Origin: Epiperipatus broadwayi
Lineage: Eukaryota > Animalia > Onychophora
Direction: 5' to 3'
DNA length: 64,000 bases
NCBI GenBank assembly: GCA_028023455.1
Contig: JAQFVV010000007.1
Location: 3,286,001 to 3,350,000 of the forward strand
Shown: positions 48,809 to 61,289 of the stretch, one piece after another
Layout: each line of letters opens with the position of its first letter
Numbering within the stretch: position 1 is the stretch's first letter
Program-made: the position numbers and the translations under genes
The notes under the pieces: generated by a model
Seen by the model: the letters and a program-made list of their open reading frames with translations, nothing else
The model's database searches: none
What the model was told of the DNA's origin: nothing

Positions 48809-51800
48809 TCAACCATTATCAATCCACTGCAGGATGAAAGTCTCTCCAAGTTCAATCCATCTTCTCTGATCTTTAGCTTCTCTTCTCCACATCACCCCTG
48901 CACACTTTCTTATTTCATCCATGCATCTCACATGTGGTCTCTTTCTGGATCTTTTACAATCTCTTGAAATCCAGTTTAAGATTTCAATTGTCCATCTATT
49001 ACCATCTCTTCTAGCAATATGGCCAGCCCAACTCTACTTCAGTCTTTTAATTATTTCAATGAGGTCAGTAACACCTGTTTGTTCTCTTAGCCATATATTG
49101 CGTTTTTGATATCTTCTTATTACTCCCAACATGCATCTCTCCATACTTCTTTGAGTGGTCTGAAGTCTCTGTATTGTCTTCTATTAAGTGCCCAAGTGTC
49201 ACATTCATAAGTAAAAACTGGGAAAACACATTTATTAAAAACCTTTCTTTTCAAACACATAAGCATATTTCCTTTTAATATCAAGTTATTTCTACCAAAA
49301 GCACTCCAACCAAGTTTAATTTCATTCATTGTTTCCATCTGTATTAATAATCTGACCATGGTATTTGTAGCTGTTAACTTCTAACTCATTATAATCAATA
49401 TTTATTTTCATATTTTGAGAAAATCCATTAAACATTACTTTAGTCTTTTTAACATTTATCTTTAGTTCTACATTTCTACTTTCATCTGATAACTCCTGCA
49501 GCATTTCCTGCAGCTCTAAAGCATTATTTGCAAAAACAACTACATCATCCTCAAAATCTAAATGACTTAAATAATCTCCATTTACTTTCACTCCTTTAGT
49601 TTCCTATTTTAATCCACAAAATACTTCTTGCAGCACTGCTGTAAAACGTTTTGGAGATATGGAATCACCTTGTCTTACACCCTTCTCAATGTTGACTTTC
49701 CCAGTATCATTATATAATCTAATTGTTGCTGTTGCATTTTTATAAATAGTCTTTAAAATATGACAATATCCTGGATTTATACCTTGATGATCCAATGCTT
49801 TAATCACTGAAGAAATGTTTATAGAATCAAGTGCCTTTTCATAATCTACAAATCCAGAACATAATGGCAACTCATATTCATTTGTCCTTTCTATAACTTC
49901 TCTCAGTACTTGGATATGATCTACCATACTAAAACCACTTTTAAATCCAGCTTGTTCTCTTAGTTGGTGGAAATCCAATGTTCTCTGTAGACGAGTTGTA
50001 ATTATCTTGGTAAAAATTTTGTATAAAACTGATAAAAGGCTGTTAGATCTGTAATTTCTAATATCTTCTTTATCACCTTTTTTAAATATTAATATTAATA
50101 CTGCATTGTTCCAATCAGCTGGTACATCTTTATCATTTACATATTTGATATATAACTTTGCTAAAAAAATTTCTATTTCTTCGCTTGCTTCTTTTAATAT
50201 ATCAATTATAATTCCACCATTATTACCTGGAGCCTTTCCTTTCTGCAGAAAGGAGTTTGCTATTAACTGAAAGGAGATGCTCTTGGAGGTCTTAAAGGAA
50301 CTGAGCAGGTCAAATTTCTAATGTCCACTCCATACATTCTTGTCGTTGCAGCTGTTATTACTATGTGATTATTCATATAGTATATGAACATGGATGGGCT
50401 GCTCACCAACACGCATTAGCCAGCGTGGTGAGTTTTTGGCTTTTTACCTCTAAGTTTAAGATCAAGAAACACCATGGTCTTTCTTCTCAGCTGCCTGATA
50501 AGGCAGAGTGAATGTATGTGTGAATGATAAATATTTTTCCAATAGATATATACAATCATGACAGACAAAAATAAATCATGGTCCTTATTCCCAGGAGACT
50601 GTAAAGTCACCAACCAAGGCAGTGGTTGATGGCCAAAGGCGAAGGGTGCTAAAAAAACCCTGATTGTGGACCCAGGCTGCCATTCAATGACGACTTTTTA
50701 TTTAAGTACTTACAATTGCAGATCACTTTCAAGTAAAAAAAAATTGCAAGAATTAGAAAAAGAACTGTCTTATATTAAATGGGACTTTATTGACTTTGTG
50801 AAGTTAGAAGAAAAGGTGAAGAGACAATTGATTTAAAAAGTGGACATGTGCTCTACTATAAAGGCACAAATATTGGAAATACAAGTGGAGTAGGATTCAT
50901 TATAAATAAAAAGTGCAAGAACAACCTTGTGGAGATTGATGGTGTATCAGACAGAATGGCAAGATTAGTTATACAACTTAATAGCAGATACCAAATGCAG
51001 ATAATTCAGTTTATGCTCCAACAAGTTCTCATACTGATGAAGTAGTAGATGATTTTTATATGGATGTACAAACAGCTTTTGATCAGAGTAAACAACATTT
51101 TAAAATTGTTGCGGGAGACATTAATGCTAGAATTGATAAACAAATGAAAGTTAAAAGTACTGTAGGTAATTTTGGTATGGTAATAGAAATGAGAGAGGGC
51201 ATAGACTTGTGGAGTTTGCACAAAAAGAAAAACTTTATATTATGAATTCTTTTTTTTTTTTTGAGAAAAATGTTAAAAGGAAATGGACATGGAAGCATCC
51301 AAATGAAGGTACAGTGAAATTGGATTATATTTTGACTAACAGAAAATACATATTTCAAGACTGTAATGTTCTTAGTAAATTTAACACAGGAAGTGATCAT
51401 CCACTACTAAAATGTAAGATACATGTTAATGCAAAACTAGAGAGACAAAAATTATTAAGAAAAACAATATTTACAGTTGATATTCCTAATCTTCAGAAAC
51501 ATTCTAATGAATTTAAATTAGAACTTACAAATCAGTTTCAAGTATTAGTAGATTTTGAACATGATTCAGATTTGAAATGAAATTAATATGAAAATAACTG
51601 ATACACTTTCACAAACTGCAACAAACATAGTTAGTAGAAAAAAGCAGCAATTGACCAATAAAATTTCTACTGAGACTAGAGAATTTATGAAGAAAAGAAG
51701 GAATATGAAGATATACAAAAATAATGCATTAAAAAGGATTGAATATCTCGAGTTTTGTAAAATGGTGCAGAAAAGAGTTGAAAATGATTTAAGAAAGTAT

Positions 51801-52048
51801 AATTGTGAACTAGCAAGGAAAGCTGTAGAAGAGAATAAAAGTCTCAGAGGGTAAAACAACATTTTGGTATTGGTAGGAAATTTATATCTGCAATAAGGAA
51901 AAAAGATGGATTACTACTAAAACAAGAAATGACATCATGAAATGGGTAGAAGACTTCTATCAAGAATTATATAATAATAAAAAACAAGTACCTCCTATAT
52001 CTACTGTCTCTTCCAAATTGCCCAGAATTTTAATAGAAGAAGTGAGAC
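48809..52048. mobile_element. RTE LINE with inverted 5' half
   Basis: 3' half (RT to tail) on the minus strand, 48809 to about 50243. 5' half (5' terminus, UTR, APE up to ...EEVR) on the plus strand, about 50243-52048. About 19 nt of element sequence is missing between the halves. Confidence 0.92.
50243..50399 (+). ncRNA. Second, inactivated copy of the RTE HDV-like ribozyme
   Basis: P2 CCACTCCAT/ATGGATGG; L3 TTCTTGT; P1 3' strand TGCAGCT; GT; 10-bp P4 TACTATGTGA-TTAT-TCATATAGTA. J4/2 is TGAA (catalytic C replaced by T at 50385) and the 5' GG of P1 is lost at the inversion junction. Confidence 0.7.
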
Positions 52049-52268
52049 TCTCTACATACCCACACATATATGAAATTTAGTATTCCAGAGTCTCATGATT
52101 TCACATTTAATCTGTAATGTTTTAATACATTGTACAGGCTTAAACTTGCATTTATATATATAATATATTCAGGGTTCGAACTCAGACTTTCACACGATCC
52201 ACCACTCTCAGTGCCATCTCATATTGCTGACCCACCTGATCACACACATGTTGAAAAGATAAATAATT

Positions 52269-52312
52269 ACCAATATACGTATTTCATGCTAAACCAGCAA
52301 TCATCAGTTAGT
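52269..52312 (-). ncRNA. Type I hammerhead ribozyme (family 2, inverted copy)
   Basis: ACTAA-CTGATGA-T TGCT GGTTT AGCA T-GAAA-TACGTATA-TTGGT on the minus strand. Confidence 0.82.
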
Positions 52313-52921
52313 CTAGATTACTATCCTCACACGTGTATATAATCAGCACTCAGCTTTATATTAAGATAGCCAATCTTTATACTTTAATGGACAGGCTTCA
52401 AATTATTCCAACTCACAACTCATTAGCCTTCCATTTCATTGAAAATCTGATGATGGAACATTCAAAGCCCTTGTTATATTGTGATTATTTATCTTTTCAA
52501 CATGTGTGTGATCAGGTGGGTCAGCAATATGAGATGGCACCGAGAGTGGTGGGTCGTGTGAAAGTCTGAGTTCGAACCCCGAATATATTACATATATAAA
52601 TGCAGGTTTAAGCCTGTATAATGTATTAATTTATATAAATATTGTGTAAAAAGTCTGCCCATCCCTCGCATATGTATGTATAAATGGATTATTCTCCTGT
52701 ACATGAGGGGTCAGAATGACTAATATGTCAACATGGGTAGGATGACAACCTTGGCACTAACAAGGGCTTTGAACGTTCTATCATCAAATTTTCAATGAAA
52801 TGGAAGGCTAAAGAGTTGTGAGTTGGAATAATTTGAAGCCTGTCCATTAAAGTATAAAGATTGGCTATCTTAATATAAAGTTGAGTGCTGATTATATATA
52901 TGTGTGAGGATAGAAATCTAG

Positions 52922-52965
52922 ACCAACTGATGATTGCTGGTTTAGCATGAAATACGTATATTGGT
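52922..52965 (+). ncRNA. Type I hammerhead ribozyme (family 2, direct copy)
   Basis: Stem I ACCAA/TTGGT; CTGATGA; stem II TGCT/AGCA flanked by a T and a T; GAAA; palindromic stem III ATACGTAT. AUA cleavage predicted after 52960. Confidence 0.85.
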
Positions 52966-53661
52966 GATTATTTATCTTTTCAGCATGTGTGTGATCAGGT
53001 GGGTCTGTAATGTTTTGTAAATCAAATGTGAAATGAAGGTTGTTTTGGGATAAATGAGATATTACCACTAGTTAAAAATTTTATCGTGCACTCAATCCAG
53101 GGAAGTCAACTCATCTAGCAATCTAAGATGCGTTGGCAAAAGGCACAAACATATTATTAGCTGAAGAATAAAATAATATCCAATACAATTTGAAATAGTA
53201 AAATAAATTTTCATACACTATCTATAAAGAAAAAGGAGATATAAAATACGATGTGACATTCAATGCTATAAGAAAAAAGCTACATCTTTATGGATCACAA
53301 ATTACCATATTCATTGTAGAACATGGTATTTATATTCATCCACAAATAATATTTAAATACTTGACAAACAAACCATTATTATGAAAAAAGTAAGCCTCAA
53401 ATCTTAAAAAAAAAAAAAAAAAAACAATGCTTATTAAAATATAATGTAGAAGCACCATTCTTCTTTAAATTAGACAAGAGAAGAAATTACAAATCATTAA
53501 ATAAAGTATAGTATAACTTTATCAAAGATATAAAGTATAATTTAAAAATTATACACATTAACATGTCAACAACAAAACAAGAAAATAACGAATGATGAGG
53601 AAAAACAACAACACTAAAATAATAAATTTAAAGTATATGTACATATACTAGATGAATATGT

Positions 53662-54297
53662 CATCATCATCATTGTCATCAACATCAACCATTATCAATC
53701 CACTGCAGGATGAAGGTCTCTCCAAGTTCAATCCATCTTCTCTAATCTTTAGCTTCTCTTCTCCACATCACTCCTGTACACTTTCTTATTTCATCCATCC
53801 ATCTCACATGTGGTCTCTTTCTGAGTCTTTTACAATCTCTTGGAATCTGATTTAAGATTTCAATTGTTCATCTATTATCATCTATTCTAACAATATGTCC
53901 AGCCCCACTCCACTTGTCTTTTAATTTTTTCAATGAGGTCAGTAACACCTGTTTGTTCTCTTACCCATATATTACATTTACGATCTCTTCTTGTTACTCC
54001 CAACATGCATCTCTCCATACTTCTTTGAGTGGTCTGAAGTCTCTGTATTGCTCTTCTATTAAGTGTCCAAGTCTCAGATCCATAAGTAAGAACTGGTAAA
54101 ACACATTTATTAAAAAAACCTTCCTTTTCAAACACATAGTATCAAGTTATTTCTACCAAAAGCACTCCAACCAAGTTTAAGTCTATGATTAATTTTATCC
54201 ATTATGTATCCATTTGTATTAATAATCTGACCAAGGTATTTGTAACTGTTAACTTCTAACTCATCATAATCAATCTTTATTTTTATATTTTGAATAT
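53662..54297 (-). mobile_element. RTE 3' fragment with 11-bp TSD
   Basis: (CAT)n tail at 53662, VLPVLTYGSETW motif, TSD GATGAATATGT (53651-53661 and 54298-54308). Confidence 0.92.
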
Positions 54298-54870
54298 GAT
54301 GAATATGTATATAAATATATTTTGGAGAAGTTTATAATAATTTCTGAATCTCTGTAATCAGTCCATACTTGCAATAAATAAGTTGAAATCATATTAAATT
54401 TAAATTTTCATATAGATACAAGAGTATTAGACAAAGTTTTTTTTTTTATCAAAAATCTTTCTATTAATGCTTTTTCCATCTTTACATAACTTTAACCGCT
54501 TCAAAAGCATAAACAGTAACAATTTTTTTTTACTATTACTTTAAGAATTGAAGATTTATTCTTATTGAATATCCAGTCATCTTCATCATGTTTTTTACTG
54601 TTCAAAGCTAAATCTACTGGATTTTTCCATTAAAAAACCCAGCCAAATAAAGGCCTATCTGGGCCTATATTTAGATTTTGGTTTCCAAATAGAAGCCCAT
54701 GAGCCTTTATTTGTAGACAAATAATAATGTATTTCTGTGTTCTGCACATGGTGAAGATAGTAGGGATAGATTCAATGCATTTGAGAAACATAATGCAACT
54801 CTCAATATTACATGTCATTTTTATTTAATTGTTGCAATATTTAACCCTAAAAATAAAAAATAATAAATTA

Positions 54871-56177
54871 AGAAAACGAAAATCATATACTATCCAGGAA
54901 AAATTACAATTTGTGATATGTTTAAAAGTAGGGGGAAATGAAAATTTGATATCACAACACAGACATCGACAGAAAAAAATCTTCATCGTTGGATGCAACA
55001 AGAAATAGAATTATTGAAGCAGGTTAAAGAACATAAACACAAACATCTTGAGAGTGAAGGAAGGAAGACGTTCTATCCCAAAATTGAGAAAAATTTGAAT
55101 TTTTCAAATAGGAATGAGAAAAACAATGATCAGTTACATATAACACATTGCAAAATTATATTTTCTCCCAGAATTTGGACTTCAAATAGCACATCATTTT
55201 AAAGTCAATAATAATTTCTTATTTGGATGGACCAGGAGACATCAGATTAGATCATATAAAATAACTCATCATGAACAACTTGACAATCGCAATCCAAAGA
55301 AGATAGATGCAAGAACAAGCAAAGCAATACTTAATACAAAAAAATAAAACTACTGCAGGAATGACAAGTGATCATTTTTTAATGCGGACAACACTCCATG
55401 TTACTTCAACATGGCAAGAGATTGCACTCTTCATTTTGTTGGAAGCAAGAATGTCGATGGAGCTGATATAGAGTTCAGAAAACATCAATACACTGTCTGT
55501 TTGACAATATCACTGGATGGATGCATGCTCCCATTTATGATTATTTTTTGTGGAATGAAGAACATTCATCAAATAACAATCTCCAGTAGTAAGGCAGCTA
55601 TTGCTGTAAACAAAAGATTAACGGATACAAATCTACTGAGGATGTAGATAGCTAAAGAATTCCGCGAGAGGTGCTTATTTTAGTAATACTCCATCAGTTC
55701 TTGTTCTTATGGAATTCATAAGCAAGAAGAAATTTTGAAATATCTTTCTAGAAAATATGACTCAAAGGTAGTGATAATTCAGAAAAAATAATGCACTACA
55801 CACAACCATTAGATGAAATTCAGTTTCAAAGCTGCTATTCCTAAAGATATAGAAAACAACCCTTTTATCAAAAGATTGTTGATACGGTCCTTTCAACCTA
55901 TAATGCAATCCAGTCAGAAACAATTCAAAGGGCATTTGAGTGTTGTGGAATTGTTGCAAATGGGTGAGAAGTAGCAACTATGATATTAAATCAAAAATTA
56001 TGAACTATTCTTGAAAACAATCATGAACACAAAATTGAAGCTGATGAAGAAGCTGACTCTGATGATCGCGCTTCTAGTGCTGGAAGTGATGAAAAATTAA
56101 TAGAATTGAATGAAGATGAAAACAATAATTCTTCCAGCACTACCTCAGATTGTTCTGATACAACAGATTCTGAATAA
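54871..56177 (+). pseudogene. pogo/Tigger-like transposase remnant (Brinker-like HTH + CENP-B HTH + DDE_1 + acidic tail)
   Basis: Frameshifted pieces RKRKSYTIQEKLQFV, NLHRWMQQEIELL, GRKTFYPKIEK, FLFGWTRRHQI, FNADNTPCYFNM, TVCLTISLDGCMLPFMIIF, and a D/E/S-rich C-terminus ending TAA at 56175-56177. TIRs not found. Confidence 0.75.
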
Positions 56178-57647
56178 AAAATATTCTTATAAATCATATA
56201 TGTTTTGACAACTTTTACCAGTCTTTTTTCTATTGATAATTTTTTCATATATTATATTTTTCATATTATATTATTACATTATATTTATACTTTCATATAA
56301 CAATAATAATAATTTAGAATTTAATAATTAAAATAAAATGACCTTAAAAAAGTAAAAACCAAATACAAACCTAACTTTTCACTTTGGAGCTATTTTAAAA
56401 GAAATTTTCATTTTCTAATTCACAATATAAAATAATGGATGCCAATGATTTTGATGTGAGATCAGTTTATTGTGTGAATCTAAAAGAATGCGGAGAACAA
56501 GAAAATGGCTGCTGCTGCACTGCAAGGGTAACATTTATTATAAAATTTTTATTTATTTATTCTCAAACTACGAGTTATTGAACCCTGGGATTTGAAAGCA
56601 TGGATAAGGTGGGTCTAATGAAACCTGTTGGTTTAGTAGATAAGATATCCATAAAAGTAGTAAGTCCTTTAATGCTTTAAAAAGAAAAAAAAAAGAACTC
56701 TTTAACTTGATCACTAAGTATTATCCTCTTCAAATAAATTTAAAAAAAAAAAAGTTTATTGTAGAAATATAATATTTAGTGTTCACTGCAATTGTATTAA
56801 TTATTTAAAAACAATACTTTTCATCAGTATTTATTTATCACTACATAATAAAAAAAGTAATGTATTGGTAATGTACTCCAGCTCTCTCGTGTTTATAGAC
56901 ATATGATATACATGGAGTACTTAAATCTTGACAGTGCTCAAATATTTTCCAGCATAAAATTCTAAAATTATGATGCACATATGTTAATATTTATATACAA
57001 ATTATAAAATAGCTTTAATAATATTAAAAAAGTACAAGCACTAAAAAAGTGTAATTCACAATGTTTGGCCATAAATAGGCAAATATATTTTTACTATTAT
57101 TAATGTTATTAAATCAAAATTAACTCCTGCAATTATATGAATAGTACTTATTCAGAATAGCTTTACTGTGTTTTTGATTTTAAGTTGCAATTATTTTCAA
57201 TATAGTGCATTAGAAGTTTTTTCACAGATTAAAATAATCGAGCTCAATTAGTATCAAATGTACAATAGTTAAACATTAGAAAACATAAAAATAAAACCAA
57301 AAAATTCACTGCAAAATGGAAGATAATAATGTCAAAAAATGTACCAGAATACAAAAATTAAAATGTTTAATTTTTTTTTTTTTTAAATGAAATAGAAATA
57401 GATCTTTTGAACAGTTAACTTTATAAAAACAATTGATAATATTTAAGAGTTACTGTATGATTATCTTGTTTGTTTGTTTTTTAATAATAATAAACAGCCA
57501 TTTGTAAACAAGTATGACCATTCTAACTCTGAAAAAAAAAAAAGAAAGAAAGAAAGGTGAGAGAGAAAAAAGTACTCTGCAATTAAGTTTTGCAAGGACT
57601 ACACAAACAAATTTGTGATCAACAAATATGTCCACATATAGAACATG

Positions 57648-58153
57648 CTAGTCCATTTTTTGCTTCCTTGATATTTTAGTGTTATCTTTTAACTTCTTCA
57701 GCAGAAAGCTTTTTTCCTGAAATATTTCAATCTCATATCTAATTGCAACTCTCCATTGTATTCTAGTCTCTGTCACATCTTTCCAATATAAACAATTGAC
57801 ATTGGATTTCTTTAAAATGTCTGAGATCATGCATAAATTCATCATAAAATAACCTTTAGAAAATTTTCCATTGTTCATTCGAATTACATATCCAACCCAA
57901 CGAAGATGTGATTTTGCAATAGTGGACTTAATATTAGCACTTCCAATAAGCTGAAGAACATATTGATTAATTTTATGAGCTTGCCATTATATTTTAAAAA
58001 TTTTATTGAATTTTTTTTTATTCCTTTATAAAGTATCAATAGGATATCAGTTTCATTTCCATACAATGAATTAGGAAAAACAGAAACTCTATATGCGACT
58101 AACTTAGTTGCAGCAGTTATTTCACTTTGATGAAATACTATTAACTGAATCAA
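57648..58153 (-). mobile_element. Old, decayed RTE-like LINE 3' coding remnant (different family)
   Basis: YRVSVFPNSLYGNET (cf. VYxAxVLxxLLYGxETW) followed by DILKKSNVNCLYWKDVTETRIQWRVAI (cf. LKxxxIxxxxWExxAxDRxxWR). Confidence 0.5.
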
Positions 58154-61100
58154 ATTAAAAATTCCAAGCTCTATCGTGTTTTATTTTGAGCTTGTCTAAT
58201 TAAGCCACCGATAAACAATTTCAAAGATCACTGTCACAAAAATTGAAACAAAGTTGGAACAAGTGTTATGAATGAAAACTATATAATTAAAATTATAATT
58301 GAAAAAAAATATAACATGTATGTATTGTAATGGTATTTCTTGCAGTTTGGGTTTGGACACATATCCAATGATACATATACAATCAAAGATATACACATAT
58401 ATAAAATGAGATCTTCAAGATGTGTACCATAAACTTTGGTTCAAATAAATAAGTTAAATGGTTAATAAAATTCAAATAAAAAATTTAATTCAAATATATA
58501 ATAATATTAACCCATGTGATGACAAGGATTTATAATTTAAAAATACTCCCAAAAGCATTTTATTTGTTTTTTCAGTTTCAGTAAAAAGAAACTCAAAGGT
58601 GCCAAACCTCATAAAAAAAAAGTTTACTTTTAAAAAAGCTTTTGAAGAAATGATCATCATCAATTATTATCACCGCCCCATTATGTCCCCCAATGGATTG
58701 CATGATTTCTCAGGGCTGTAGATATTTACTAGCATATGTGTGTAAAAAGTATATATTTGGATTAAGTTACATGCACAAACTAAATGGATTAATAATAAAA
58801 AAAGAATTTATTAATAATGAATAAATAAAACGATAGCGTATATTGAAACAGATCTATCGACCTGTCTGTTTTACCTATTATATTCTATAAGAGTGTATTT
58901 ATTTGGTGCTATGCTTCACTCAGATTGTGTGTATTTCTTTAATTTAAAACTTTGAGTTTGTGTTTATAATATTGCCAAGTATGTGCGTGTATAATCACCT
59001 TGTTCATTATAATATGCAGATGCAGTCATAGGTAGCATATACACACATACCACTCTGGCATTTGTTAAAACTGAAGTAAACATAGCAGTGTGTAGTTAGA
59101 ATTTATATATATAACAAAATTATAAGTTTAAATTTGTAAAATTATTCATTTAAGAAGTTGTGGTTTAATATTTATTTAAAATAATTTTTGAGTTCTATTG
59201 TTTGTTTAAAATTACACAGGCTGTAAGTTGTTTACGAATGTTAACATTTCGTCTAAAAATAATCTTTTAGCTGAAAATTGACCTCATTTAAAATTATAGG
59301 CAAAACAAATTTGAAAATCTAATCAGGCATAAATTTATCTTAAGTGCAATTGGAAAACCCAAGGGAAAAGAGCTTTTAACTCCAGATTTAGCTGTGGATA
59401 ATATTTAAAAAAGAAGAAAATTTAGTTAAAGGCAAAGTTTAAAGTAAGTAAACGAGTGATGTTGCAAAAGTAAAAGGGAAGAGGGAAGAATACTAACAAA
59501 AATATGATATAAAAAAGCCTGTAGTGGCCATTTAAAATGGCTAGACACATCTTTTTCCAAACAAGTATTGAAGAAGAATAATCAAAGAGCTGTTCCCGCA
59601 TTACTTTTTGGCAAACTGAATTCGGACCAAGCAATTATTAAAAACTGTTAAGATGAGAACCGTGGGCTGATAGACTTGCTGTCTATCTCCCACAGAAAAC
59701 TGTTCCACAGAATGGAAGAGAACATCAACCTCAGTCCTGGCCAAGTGATGGAGAAGCCGCACCCTGAAGTAATGGAGAAAAACCACATCCCGACTTAAAT
59801 TGAGAAAAGCCACATCCTGACTTAATGGAGAGAAGACGCTCAGTAAAGAATGCCTTGAAAGACTTACTACCAAGTAATACCGGTAAATCATTCTGCAGAA
59901 TACGCTAATTTCATTACTAAACAAACTCTAAATTAAAGCTAGCAAACTAATCAAGCTTCATATCTCATTATATTATTTAAATGTTACATTAAACCATTTG
60001 TGTAAATTTACTTTAAAATTTAGAACACTCTTAAATTTATTGCTTGATCATAAACATTTAAGTTCTATAAACCAGTTAAACATAAATTCTTATTCATTTT
60101 TCTAAATTATCACTTTATCAATTTCTGCAATTTGTTCTTATGCCATCTATATTTAGTTTTAAATTCATGTTTATTAATTTATGCTATGTTCATCAGAATG
60201 GAGTTTTGTGGGGTTTGATAATTATTGGAGAGATGATTAGGCACCTTTCCATTATGATAAAATATTATAATATAAGGAAATATAGGCAAAACTCCCTTCT
60301 GAAATCAACTATTATTCACGCTAGAGTGAGCCAGCTATTTGTAACGTACTGAATAAGTTATTTTAAAAATCAATATTTTGCTTAATATTAGGCGTGATTC
60401 TATACAGCATATACATAATATTCTAACTCTTGATAAATCTCTAAATTTGCTGTAACTCTGCTTAATTATAGGTTAAACTATACAGATATCCTTAAATCAG
60501 ATTCCTGTTATTGCTTTTGTAGTGTGACTACATATACTATTTATGAACTGACCAGTGATAGTGGCACTGATAGAAGCTATAGATTTGGCGTAATTGATTT
60601 AGGAAAATATTAAATTAGCGTGGCGAATGTGTTGCTAGTTAGCATAAAAATGCATAGCTTCTTGCTATACTTATAGTGGCCTACATCAGGATCGATTCCA
60701 TGTCAAATCATGTATCTTAAGTTTAGGCAACTGTGATATTTACCTTGTATTTAGAGAAATCAGTGTTCCAAGGACTCATTAAGCCGCTGTTCCGTTCACT
60801 CGAATAAAAGGGCCTCTTCGTATTATAGCAAGTAGCGTGGTCTGAGGAACCAATTACTAGGTAATGAACCTCAATTAAGAGCACATTCGAGACGCACATA
60901 CTCTGATATTATAGTTTGTAATGCCATAGAATCTGATGTTAGTCTGCCCGGCATCAGTTCCGCCTCCCATAGAAATTAACATCGGCTTTGATCCAATTTG
61001 GAATCTGAGTTAATGCGATTTATCTGTGCAGTAAATTATGTTTAAACTTAATAATATAACGCCAATTAATTGATCACTCTAGCTGTTACTAAGTTTCCTA

Positions 61101-61289
61101 CATAGTTCATAGCATAAATTATGACATAGAGGGTGGAAAATATTTTATCTCGCAATCTGCTTAAAATGAGTTTAGTTGAAACTTTAGATACTATATCTTA
61201 ATTATGTGTATATTCTCCTGTAACATAAAAAATGGTGTAAGCATATTGTCAGTTCTGCAAATCCATAATCTATTTAAACACTTTGTAAA

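Larger units (their letters stand above)
52124..53003 (+). mobile_element. Non-autonomous Penelope-like/retrozyme element, family 2 (inverted segment plus about 1.1 tandem 483-bp units)
   Basis: 52124-52476 is the reverse complement of a circularly permuted part of the unit. The direct unit 52477-52960 restarts at 52961-53003. Perfect 13-bp TSD TCTGTAATGTTTT (52111-52123 and 53004-53016). Confidence 0.88.

Noticed and set aside
50400-50445. H-type pseudoknot in the RTE 5' UTR (CTCACC/GGTGAG with loop AGCCA/TGGCT), identical core in both copies
   Set aside because: Plausible, but two related copies give no covariation and it fits no named RNA class; not called as a feature.
56437-56535. Possible plus-strand first exon AAAATGGCTGCTGCTGCACTGCAAGG/GTAACA (MAAAALQG), or Cys-rich MDANDF...GCCCTAR
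   Set aside because: No convincing downstream exon. The best join (58576 onward) gives only a 26-aa Lys-rich peptide with no recognisable homology.
59700-59840. Short repeats translating as GEKPHP, resembling C2H2 linkers
   Set aside because: No Cys/His finger spacing and stops in frame; just three or four diverged repeats of about 22 bp.
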